A stretch of DNA of 64,000 bases from Amphiscolops sp. MND2022 (taxonomy: Eukaryota), in the NCBI GenBank assembly GCA_964187785.1, contig OZ076412.1, forward strand, positions 81,716,001 through 81,780,000, read 5' to 3'. A program made the position numbers and the translations under genes. The stretch's first letter is position 1, and the number at the start of each line of letters is the position of its first letter. The notes below the pieces were generated by a model. The model had not been told where the DNA came from. It made no database searches and worked only from the letters and a program-made list of their open reading frames with translations. Shown one piece after another: positions 49,601 through 61,600 of this stretch.

Positions 49601-52600
49601 TAATCGACGAATTGGGTATTCGTTTGTCTTTTATGCATGTTTCACATCCTTGGACCCATTTTTTAACGAGTTTTGCGATGCCTGGATAATAATATTTTTG
49701 TCGAATCTCTATGAGCACTTTGGATATTCCTGGGTGCTTATTGGCTTTACCATGTAGCGATTCAAGTAGTTCAGAGACTAGATGTTTCGGTAAAAGGACC
49801 TGGTTGTATCTAGTGGATCCGGTTTCGTCAAAATACTGTCGGGTGATAATTTCATCAATGACGGACAGTCGGTCCATCTGACGACAGTAATGCTGGTAGC
49901 GGTTGTCTTGTAACAGAATGGTTTCGGAGTAGTTTTCCTTGAGTATTTTGAATCGCAATTGTTGTAGAATTACATCATTATTTTGTTCTACTGCTATAGA
50001 TTTCGGGTAGGTTAGTTTTTGAAGAGTGGTTAATTTGTAATAGTCACTTTTGTGGGTAGCAAATTTTTCGAATGAGATATCGGGTAGTTGGTTTGTTGGG
50101 TAATCTCTAGCTGCTTTTTTACGCTGTAAAATTTGTTCTTCTGTCTCATCATCATCCTCCGTGTAGAAGATTTGTTCCTCTTCGGACACTCCTGCTGATT
50201 GGACGTGTAGTTCAATCGGTGTCGTTGGGATATCTTCCCTAATTCTGAGGATCAGTTTTTCCTTTGGAGAGATTTCGAGACGGGACAAGTAGTCAGCGGC
50301 AGTGTTGTTTTTGCCAGGAATATGAGCAATTGTGAAATTGAATTGGATGACATAGTCACATGCGTTCCATAATGTTGGTGGAATGATTTTCGTCTGAAAA
50401 AATCGTGTGACAGATTTATTGTCGGTGAGTATGATTACTGGTTTTGGGGTCCCCCAAAAGATATGTCCGAATTCCTTGAAAGCAAAGAAAATTGCTAAGA
50501 ATTCCTTCGCGTAAATGGACATTTTCATTTGTGCGGGACTGAAGGTCTTAGATCCATAAGCTACTGGTGCGAACGCTTTCCTTGTTGAGGTATATTTCTC
50601 AAGGGGATCGTCTTCGATGAGGACTGCGTACCCTGCGGCCGAAAAGCTAGCATCAGTCATTAGGGCTATTTGCGTGTTCGGTAGGGGTTGTTTAAGTGCC
50701 AGTTCACAACATCGGTCGAGTGCTTTGTTGATATCAGTGAACTTTTCCAGTAGGTCCGGTGTTACGAGGACTTTTTCGTCTTTAGTTAGCAATTTGAAAA
50801 ATGGCGTTAGTTTTTCCGAGAGCCTTGGGATGTAATTCCGATAGTAGTTGAGGAATCCCAAGTAACGTTGGAGTGCCTTTTTTGATTTCGGGAATTTTGT
50901 ATTTTCTAGAAAATTTTGGACTCGTGGTCTCTGCGGCTTCACTCCGGCAGGAGTGATGGTACGTCCCAGAAAGTCAATTTCAGTTGCCCTAAAATGGCAT
51001 TTATGCATTGTGAGTTTGAGACCAGCCTGTTGAATGCATTGAAATGTGGCCCTGAGGTTGTTGATAAGCTGTTCGGCATTGTTGGCAGCTATGCCAATGT
51101 CATCGACATATTGGGCACATTGGTCTGCTTTAATGACTTTATCCAGGTATTCGCGCATGAAACTAGAAAAGGCCGATAGTGCTCTACTAAGTCCTTGTGC
51201 TAATCTTCTGTATGCGAAAGTTCTACTAGCGAAATTGAAAGCAAGCATTTCGATTGATCGTTGGTCGGCCATCTGCAGGCAGTGGTAAGCTTGCGAGCAG
51301 TCCAATTTACAAAATAGTTTTTTGCCTGCCATGTGTTGGGCTGCGTCAGTGAGTGTACTCACTGGATGGTTGTTGTTGATGTAGTCATCCGAGATAAGGT
51401 TGTTAATCTTGCGCAAATCGACTAATAGTCTCAGTTTGCCGTTAGGTTTTTTTTGGGCATATATTGGGCTTGCATATTTGGAGAATGGGAGTGTTGTAAT
51501 GATCCCATAACGATGGAGTAGTGCCAGCTCCACAAGGATGTCCTCTTTGAGGTTGATTGGCGTTGGCAGACTCTGACTGTAGGCCGGTGAGTCATCCTTG
51601 GGCGTCAATTTGACCTTGAAGTCCTCGTTCATGCCTATGTCAAAGCGGTGTCTCGCGAATATGTCGTGGAACTCGACCAGTAGGTCTTCAATGCGTGCAA
51701 TCTCAGTAGGTTGCAGCATAGAGTCTGTCCAGTCAAAATTAGACAGGAATTGACGTCGTGACTCAGGGTTGTCCTGAGGGTTGAGTTTCTCTAATTCTTG
51801 GAGATTGATGAGTTCGGATAGAATCCTTTTCTGGATTGGCGTATGTTGTTGAGGGTCCCCAGGGTCTTCTGGTGTGGGAAACCAGTAGTTTTCCTTGAAG
51901 TCCTCAGGTTTGGTAGATTTGATTAAGCTGCTTGCATAGTAGGCAGCGTTCTCAGGGTTGTCCTGCAAGAGGTGCCATGTGGTCACCGGGTCTATGGGTT
52001 TGACATATTTCAACTGTTCTGGCGTCAGGACAGTGAAAGTGGCTACTTGTGTGCCTCTTTTGAGGGTATACGGACAGTCGGTAAAGTTGTTCAGGTGAAC
52101 TGATACTTGACCATTGGTCAAAGTGACTAAAGCAGCACAAAAGGCAATATCGCCATCGTCTGTAAGCATGTTGCTTGGTTGAAGGATCCCAGTAACTGTA
52201 GTGTCTTCGTACATTTGTGAAGACAGCTGGACCGAGTGTCGGTCATTAGGTGGGATGGTGACGTCCTCTCTAATGCAGATGGGTTCCATGACGTTAGTAT
52301 ACTTATGATCAGCAGTTTTCAATTGCATTGAGAAGAAGGGAAAATTCAGGACACCTTGTCTCATGTCCAGTATGGTGTTGTTCCGTTGGAGGAACGAAAG
52401 ACCAATCAGCGGGCTGGTGAGTTTTTCCATAACTATGAATATCTCGTGGAATTCGATGTCGCCGACTTCAAACTTCAGCTCGACTGTGCTCTTTGGAGTC
52501 TCCAGCTGCCCATTAGCAACCATAATCTGGAAGTTGGGTGCCGGTCCCTCTTTGACAATAGACTGAGGGGCCAATAATTGGATTTTACGTAGATCAGCTT

Positions 52601-55600
52601 CTGGGATTGCGCTAGATAGAGCTCCCGTGTCTACAAGGCCATCTAATGTTAGTTCGCCAAAATCCATTGGAAAATAGAGCATTCGTCGTTTGTATTTGAG
52701 GCCGAGATTGGTTGTCAGCGGTACATAGTCTGGTTCCCCCGTTCTGGTGACTAGGGTGCTCACAAAGCGCGCTGCAACTGCTGTGGCCAAGGAGACTTGT
52801 GGTCCTACATGTTGAGATTTGTGGCCAACGTCCATGTGGGACGTTTGATGGGTCAGTTGCGGGCCATGTTGCCATGGGTCAACTCGTGCGTTAAGAAGGA
52901 CCGTATTCAGACCTTGGTCAGTTGCCAAAGAATCTGGTTCTATGTTCAAGTGCTGTTTGTTAAAATTTTGATAGAAGTATAAGTGGTGTTGATTGTAGCA
53001 ATTAGCCTCCCAGTAGGGGTCAAAACCATAGTCAGGGTCAGGGTAATATGGGTTATAGTCGTCAACAAGAGGTATAAGTCGTATAGTCGAAGTATCGTTT
53101 TGTAGGCTGTTGGACGTGGGGTCCAAAGTGGTAGAAAAATTAGGTAGAGTTTTCATCTGCTGCTGCCAGCCAGCTGATGATGTTTCTTTAAGAGCTGTAT
53201 AATACTCAGTATAATATATGTTTGGAGGGTCAGATATTATGTACTGCCGTACACGGAGTTTTTCATTTATTTGGAGTCGTGGCAAATCTAGTTTTTTGGA
53301 TTCTTTAAGATTGACGTGGTTTGTTTGTTTTTTTACATCTTCTTGGCTGGTGGACTTATCGGCAGCTGTAGTGTCCTCCAGTTTAAGGTTTTTGGGCTTG
53401 AGGTGGGCTCCAGCGCCTTTCCAACATCGTTCTGCCGGGTGATTCGTTTTGTCGCAAGTTGGACATTTTGGATACTCTTTCTTGGTATCCTGCCCATCAT
53501 TGCGGCGTTGTTCCTCCTTTCTTTTGAGTTTTCGACAATCGTCTTTGACATGTCCTGGTTTCTTGCAATAGTTGCAAGTAAGATTTGGATCGATGCCAGA
53601 AGAGAGAAGGCCAGTTCCCGGTCGTGTTGCTGTAGGGGCAGTGGACATTGTTGGTACTGGGATGTCGTCCCCCTCCTCAAGTCCATTGAGCTCAAGTTCA
53701 CGTTCTAAGTGTGCGACTATTTCCTCGTAGGTGGCGTTTTCGAGTCTAGCCATTTTGACGGAGCGTTTCAATTTTGGTGGCAATTTGGCATAGAGAAGAC
53801 TATCAATCATAGCCTGGGCGTTCTGGCCAAACGCTTTTTCAGCTCCCTGATTGAGTTCTTCAAGGAAATCTGGCAGTTTCATGGTGTTGGGGTCGAACAC
53901 CAATCTGTGCCATTTGTGTTTGGCGGTCGCCTGGGACTCTGGTTTTACGTATTTTCTACGGAAGATGGCTAAGATGTCCTCTAATGTTTGCTTGTTTGTT
54001 GAATTGATGTTACGGAATGTTTGCAAGGCATTCTTGCGTAACAATGAGTGGAAATGGTTGATTTTCATTGCTTCAGTCATTTCGGGCTGCATTTTTATCA
54101 TTGTGTGGAAAAGGTCTTCGAAGAGCTCGAATTTCTCTGATTTCCCATCAAATGTTACTGTAGTCGAGCTGACGGGGCGTACCGTGAGGGTCTGTGCCGT
54201 GGGTCGGTTGTTGATACCTACCAGTATGTCAGCAAGTCTATTGTTGGGATCGGTAGTGGTGTTCGGTAGTGCGTCACCTGGGACCTGTTGGGTGGGGTCC
54301 AGGGGTTCGCCATGAGTGTCTTCTGGATTTTGCAGGGGTTCTTGGGATTGCATGGGACGTCCGGTAAGGAACTCAGGAACCGTATGGGGGGTATGGTTGG
54401 CTCCTGTCACCATGTCGCAATCTTGTTCTGAGGTCTGGGAGTCCGTAGAGATCTCCCTATTCAAACCTCTATGACTGCTGAATTTCTTATCTATTTTCAT
54501 GTTGTTTTGTTGGTCATGAGGGCCTAACTGTCCTCCTGAACTGTTATCTGGTCTGGTGGACTTGTGGGCCGAAACACCGCTATAACATTTAGAGCCTTTG
54601 TCCGGTCCTGGAGACTTGTAGTCCGCTTGACCATATTGTTCCCCTGAGCTGCTGCCCGGTCTATGGGACTGGTGGTCAGTCTGACCTGAACAGACTCTAT
54701 GGTCTCTATCTAGTCCCCTGGACCAGTGGGACGTGTGACTAGGTTGGTCTCTTCGGCCCTTATTAAGTCTATTGGACCAGTGGTCCACACTATTTGAACG
54801 TTCTCTCAGGCCCACGTTAAGTCTTTGGGACTGGCGGTCCATATGACCAAAGCGATCCTCGGGGCTCCTGTTTAGTCTACCGGACTGTGAGTCCCTAATT
54901 GCGTCAGATTCAGGATTTTGAACCCCTAGTACGTTTTGAATGCTTGGAAGTACCTTTTCAGTAATTGCCGAGTTGATAACTTCCAAAATTTGGGAATTTA
55001 AATCACTTCTAATCTCATCCAGTTTTCTGGTCATTTGGGACGTGATTTCATTATTTATCAGTCTTGCTGTCTCAATGGTAATTTCACTGTTTTCCCTACT
55101 ATTTGTATTAATTAGTGACCTGAAGTCTTCACTAATAGGATTTGCAGTTTGAGGGCCATTGGACTCAAGGTCCAACTCAGTCTCTCTTTCTCCTAGCTGA
55201 CAATCTAATTCGTTTCTGGAATAATTTCCTAACATTATATCTACATTCTCTAAGTCAGACATCACGTCAGATTGTCTTGACCTTTTCTCCCTAGCCTTTT
55301 GTTTTCTCGTCGAAGGCATTTAAAGAATTTATTGCTCAGCAAAGATTGTATTGAGCTTTTATCGGTTAACTAAGCTTGATCTGAGAGAAAATGAATAGAA
55401 CAGAACAATAACAAAGATTGATCAATGAACAGCAATTTGTGATTTCTGGTTTTCGTCGTCGTATTCAAAGTTGTGTCCTTTAGACAAGGAGGACCAGCTA
55501 TTTATACTAAATAGTGCATGACAAGCATAATTTCAGTGATCATGTTACTAAAAATAGCAACTCAATTAGGTCAAAGTGACCCTAGGTCCTGACGTCTACA

Positions 55601-58600
55601 TTGCGTCATTATTAGATCATATCTAAAAATAGCATCGTTTGGGATGAGGGTCTGTGAATGGGAGAATGGGATAAGGACTGACAGGCGGCTTGCCTTTCAA
55701 GCCACGTTGCGCGTAGCTTGAAAGGTCAACGCTTGTTTGCACATACGCTTATGCAAATATTACGTCATTGCGGACCGGTGGTCCATCCGACTAAATATCG
55801 TTAGCAACTACAGCACTGCGGACTGGTAGTCCGTTTGACTAAATACATGTACTACATGTTGAACGAGCAGATTAAATGAATAATGAATACCAGCACATGA
55901 TTGGTTAATAATCAAAATGGACTGCGCGTCAAATTGACCAAAGTGGATTTCACTTTGAACGCGTTTCCTTTATTGCACAGAGCTTAATTACAGTACTTGT
56001 TATTAATCCAACAAACATCAATCATCGTTTTCTGGTTTACATTAATACTAGTATATATTACATGTCTAATAACAGTGATCTAAGATAATTTACATACTAA
56101 ACATACTAATTCAAGTCCAAAAGTTTAGGGCAACGGGACCAATGGTCCAACTAATTACAGTGGTAGGACTCCGGGTATGTAGGACAAATGACTGTCGTTA
56201 GGGACCACTTGGTACTTGTTTCCGTCACAGGCGGCAGCCTGCGACACATACAGTACCGCGTGAGACTAAAGGGTCCCACTTTCAGTTTTTTTCGGCATTG
56301 TGAGACTTTTTTCTTAAAAAAAGTTTTCCCAACAGGGTCTTCCCTTCAATTTTTTGATGTTTTGTGACAGAATGGATGTTGAAAAATCCCAAAGGCCTCT
56401 GTCAATTTTTTCGACTTTGTTAGACTTTTTTCGGAAACTTTTTATTCACCAAAGGGTCCCCCTTCAATTTTTTGATGTTTTGCAACAATGGATGTTGAGT
56501 ATCAACAATGCGAAAGGATTCCCCTTTGAGTGCGCCAGTTCCGTCATTTAGGTTTTTCGTGAGTTTGATACTCTTTTTGTGAATTTGATACTTTGAGTTT
56601 TTTGCCACTTTCATGTACTTTTGCTATTTTTGAGCCTTAGATGTGGCGCCGACTTATGCCGTTCCCGGCTTGTTTGAAAAATTAATGAGATTCCTCACAA
56701 GACTTTGAAAGATTTTGCAAGATTTTTATAAAAATTGCATGAGGTTTAAAGAATTTAGCGAGACTTGAAAGAAACATTCTTGACACTTGCAAAGAAATCT
56801 GTTCTTTTTTGTTTGTAAATAAGTTGTCAAAAACCGTACCGGAAACGTAAACTTCGGCAACAGACACGGCCTTTCCTTTTCGGTTCTCGGCCGAGCACGA
56901 ATAGATTCCACTGTCGTGCGGACCAGCTTCGTGTATGGTGAGATAACAGTCGGATCCACTTCGAACTTGCGTGATGCGATGTCCGTCTATCGAAATTTGA
57001 CAGCCATTCAGACTCCACACAATTTCAGGCTTCGGTTCACCGTGAATCACACAATGGAACTGTAATGAGTCATTGACCTTCACCGTTTGACCTTCAATGT
57101 TCAGGTCAAAGCTGGGCGGCGTGGCCGGGGCTAAAGGTCAAAGCAGAAGAGGGCGTGAACGAATCAGACAGGTTAGTGGGAGAGTATTTGAAAATGGGAG
57201 ACATGAATGAAAATATGTTGAAAAGAAGAGGTTATGGAAGAGAAAGGAATGAAGTTTCAGAGGAAATGAAGCTTCGTGGATAAAATGACTGCAGTTGATT
57301 CCAAAAGGATAGTTAGCTAACATACAACAAAAATACACATTATCCTTCACGAAATTTCTTTATGAGTTTTTGTTCACACTGCGCTAATTTTTGCACTAAT
57401 TCCTAACAAAAATTCAAGCCTTTTCAGAACCTGTTTCCCATGTATTTGCAAGTTTTCCGGTGAATGAACTATGCATTTGTTTTCAACAGACAGCGTGAAT
57501 ATTTGCCCTATTCTGATGCCAACTTTCTGATCCTTTCAAGCTCTGAATATCCCTTCCTAACTTGAAAAAGTGAAGTTTGTCCTAAAAATTTTTTGAATGT
57601 TGAAAACACTTTTCAAGAACTTTGGCATAGATAAAAAGAATAGAGCATGAAAATTTTGCAATAGTGAATTCGCTTCCCGGAATAGACACTAGGACTTCGA
57701 AAAACTCGCTTGATCTTGATGAAAGTTGCAGGTGAAAGCTTCGCCGAACAGCCGACGAAGCGATGCCAATTACCCATGCACCCATTACCTGTCACGATGA
57801 TCTCGGCAGATGTCGTAGCCTTTCCCCTCTCGTTCTCGGCCAAAACCGAGATTTGACCCCCGTGTTCCTTGGAGATGCTCTTGATTGAGCACCTGTGCCG
57901 GGGTCCCTCTTGGGTGAGCGAGTCCACTCTGGGGGCTTTCAGAGCCTCCCCGTTGAGGAACCACGTGACCTTGGGTTCTGGGTTACCCCTCACTGAAACT
58001 TGCAAGTCCAGAGATTCCCCCTCCTCAACTTCTTTGGTTGAAAGTCGCTCCGTGAAAATCGGAGCATTCGAAGCTGAAACGAGAGAGAGAGCATATCAGA
58101 GGAAAGGAAAGTTTATTTGACTGGATATTTGAAAACATACAATATCATCAATTTTTATGGAAGAAAAACTAGAACTACATCCAGCCAGGAGAGAGAATGA
58201 GCTTAAGCAGCTCATGTAACCTCTCCCCGTAATATGAAAACAAAAAGAAATGTTGCAAAACAATTGGTGTGTCGAATTTCTGTTTTTCTTAACGGTTTAT
58301 CTTTCGGATTGAAAAACGAAATGTTCTTTAATAATCAGAGAAGAGTTTCACATAAGTGACTACCTTTCACGTATGGATCTGATTATTTCTTCAAATGTGA
58401 TTGTGTTTCGGCTGTGCTCAATTTGATTAAGCCAGTCGGCATTAATTAAATCATAGCCTTTCAACCAATTATACTGCTTTCTCAATCTGTTGTCAACTGA
58501 TTTGGCGCGGGTAATTGTTCGACAATAAGTCAAGGGTACTTCAAAGCTTCATTTCAAATCAAAACTCTTCGAAAACTTCATTTTAGTAAATGTTCACTTT

Positions 58601-61600
58601 TGAATTTTTGTACACTGCCTTTAATAATTCAACGATAGCGTTTTATTTGAAAAGGAAATTCAGTGTTTTTTTTGAATGATTAAAAGCTTGAGTTCAGACC
58701 TCTTTTAGTGAAATATCTACGAAACATGCAATTAACTCGCCGAATTGAAATTTTAGCTGTCGGTAAGGGCTCAACACATTGAAAAAAGTTGTTTGGTAGT
58801 TTAGTTTTTTGGTAACCCACTTTTTCAATTTTCTCAGTCCCGTGTGAGGTTCGGAGCCAAACGTTCAGTACCAATATCTTTTCACGAATTTCTTTTCTAT
58901 CAGATCTGGTTCCAGACTAAAAAATCTCTAGAGTGGCCACCAGGGTTGAACTATTTATCTGATTTTTCAAAAATTTTTGAACTAGTAAAAAATCATGAAA
59001 GTTTCTCATTAATGTCTTGCTTCTTTACACCCTTCTAACAAAAAGTTGGCGTTTCTAGTTTTAACTTCATACAGTTCAACCAACTAATTTTTGTTTTTGT
59101 CAGACATTAAAAACAAATTCGGCGTCTCAATTTATCTATCATATACTCAGCTGTACTATAGTTCTATACCAATTCACTATACCACGGAGTCACGTGGGTC
59201 TACAGACTTCGTTTTGTCATGAAAAAAAAGCTTGGTAATCGTGGTGTTTGGTGGAGAGTAACAGTCAACAAACGGCACAAAAATGAAATTAAGTAGAATT
59301 TCTGGGAATTTGTGGGAGTTTTTTTTCGAGATACAGTAAACCCTCGATTATCCGCCACCATTGGTCCAGCGCGAATTATGGCGGATAAGTGAGAGTGGCG
59401 GTTAATCAAGGGAGCTTAGACGCGGGTGTTATAGCAAAATGTCCCGGTAGATTTGTGGCGGATGACCAAAGTTGGCGGATAATCGAGGGTTTACTGTACT
59501 TTTACGGTTTTCCCTTTATATTTTTTAACTATTAACGTTTTTTGTATGATTTTATATGACGGAATAGCATAGACGGGGCTAAGTATAGATCGACTCGGGC
59601 CTGTCTAATGCACATTTCTCTCGAATTAAAAAAAAAATATTTCGGCAAAAACGATTTTTGCGACACTACATCGACGTTTCAAAAAATTAATGATCTTGAA
59701 AAATCTCAATTTTCAAATCGCCACATGCAGATATTGAGGCAGAGGACTTGTTCTATCGGACTTTCCTTTCCGAAGCAGTGTGAAGTCAAAATTTTTTGAA
59801 AAGAGTCACGGTTAGATCTTTTTGTCTCAAAAAATCCGAGATCAAGCGAAGTTAAAAGTTTAGGTTTTTGAAAACTGTATCGAGTAATGTCACTTGTCAA
59901 TGATCGCTGATGATACCGAAGTTGTTGAGTAGTACAAAAAGGACAGAATGCTAGTATAATTTTGTTCGAAAAAACGTTGATCAAAGCGTAGAAAATAAGA
60001 GAAACCTGCTTTTAGATTGGTTTTGCCAGAAAATATATCACGAGATGAGAAGCTTATTTTAACTTTTTTATGCAAAATTTGTGAATTTTTCGGGAGACTT
60101 GCAACTGAAAAGTAAAAATTTTAGAAAAATTCGGATTTTCGACATTTTGGGCTCGTTTTGAGGTGACTTCCTTCCTGGAGAACTGCAAACTTTTTCTTAA
60201 AGTCATACTGCATGACTAATAATTTTGCCTAAAGCCTTTCGAATTGTTTACCCTACGAAATGTTTTTAACTTTGCACATGAAAGTCTCCAAAAATGTAAA
60301 ATTTTGAAAATACTTGATTTTTTGAAAAAATTTTAGGGTTCAATTTGAGTATTTCTTCTCACATACATTTGCAGCTATCAGTCCAGAAAGAACCTACTGG
60401 TTAACAAACGTTTCAAAAGCTCCAGACAAAATGACAAAATAACTATGTAAGACGTTCGCTTTCAAAAGCGAAATTTTCCGTTTTTGTCGTTTAAAAAATC
60501 AGAATTTTCAAGCTTTTGGTAATTTCAACGTTTTTCTGGCTTTTTTGTAATATTTTCAAGCAATTATCTGGATTATAACAGTGTGATCGTTCAATGACAA
60601 CTGAACCCGGTATCCAGTAGGCATTTTTAGGAGATATTTGCAATTTCTATCTAGAAGAAAAAAGCCTCTAAATGACCGCAAAATGGTCGAAAATATTAAA
60701 ATTTTCCTGTTTCTCACATTTCTAGTAGTTTTCTTCTAAAACTATTTTTATTTGTTGATTTAGAAGGTTCAAAAACTTCCCGATAAAATCACGACTTATG
60801 TAGTACGCCTTTTGAGAAAGCATGTCCAGTGTTTTTCGGAAGAAAAATATATCTCAGAATGGTCCGAAATAGTAGAAAAACCCAGGTTTTCCAATATTTG
60901 ACGTCTCTATGCAATTTTTGTTTAAAATTTTTCTGACCATTATGTAGATTCGAAAGTGTGAACATTCAACAACGACTGAACCCGGTATCCAGTAAGCATT
61001 TTGGGAGATGTATGTACTTCTGTTGAGAAAATGCCACAAAGTGACCCCAAAGTAGTCGAAAGAGCCTTTTTAATAAAATGTAGAGAAAATTTAGTCCACA
61101 GAGTTTAGTACTCACAATCGTCGACTAGCAGCTGGCACGTGCACTGGGCGATTCCGGCCGAGTTCCTGGCCACAATGGAGTACTCTCCCTCGTCAGCCGG
61201 AGTGACCCCCTGGATCTCGAGGGAACACTTGCCCTCTTCCCGGGTCACCCGACACCGACCTCCGCGGTCACCCTGCTCAATCTTCTGGTCGTCTCTCAGC
61301 CACTCGATCTCGGGGTCAGGAGAGCCTGAAACTTGTTGACAATAGACATCTTTTTTCAATGTATTATTAAAGATTATTTGATTTTGTTCCTTGATGGAAG
61401 GTTTCCAATAAGGTTTACAATTGTGCCACATTTGGTTCGGTGCCATTTATGCTCATTTCCCATCCTGGTTGGGTTTTAATTTGAAAGTTAAGTTTAATAT
61501 TGCAACTATGTATTGATCTACCCAATTGAATTAACTATTCGTCTTCTTCTTGTTCATTCAGCCTGTGTAGGATCCACAGTTCGAACCGGGTCACGAAGTT

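Larger units (their letters stand above)
33734..56246 (-). mobile_element. Large Ty3/Gypsy LTR retrotransposon with accessory gene cassette (about 16.4 kb without the nested BEL)
   Basis: LTRs at 54413-56246 (5') and 33734-35565 (3'), TGTCGCA..TGCGACA termini, TSD CATAC, PBS and PPT present, domain order PR-RT-RH-IN. About a dozen LTR differences seen by eye. Confidence 0.96.
54413..56246 (-). repeat. 5' LTR (1834 bp)
   Basis: Followed on the minus strand by the PBS; flanked by CATAC at 56247-56251. Confidence 0.96.
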
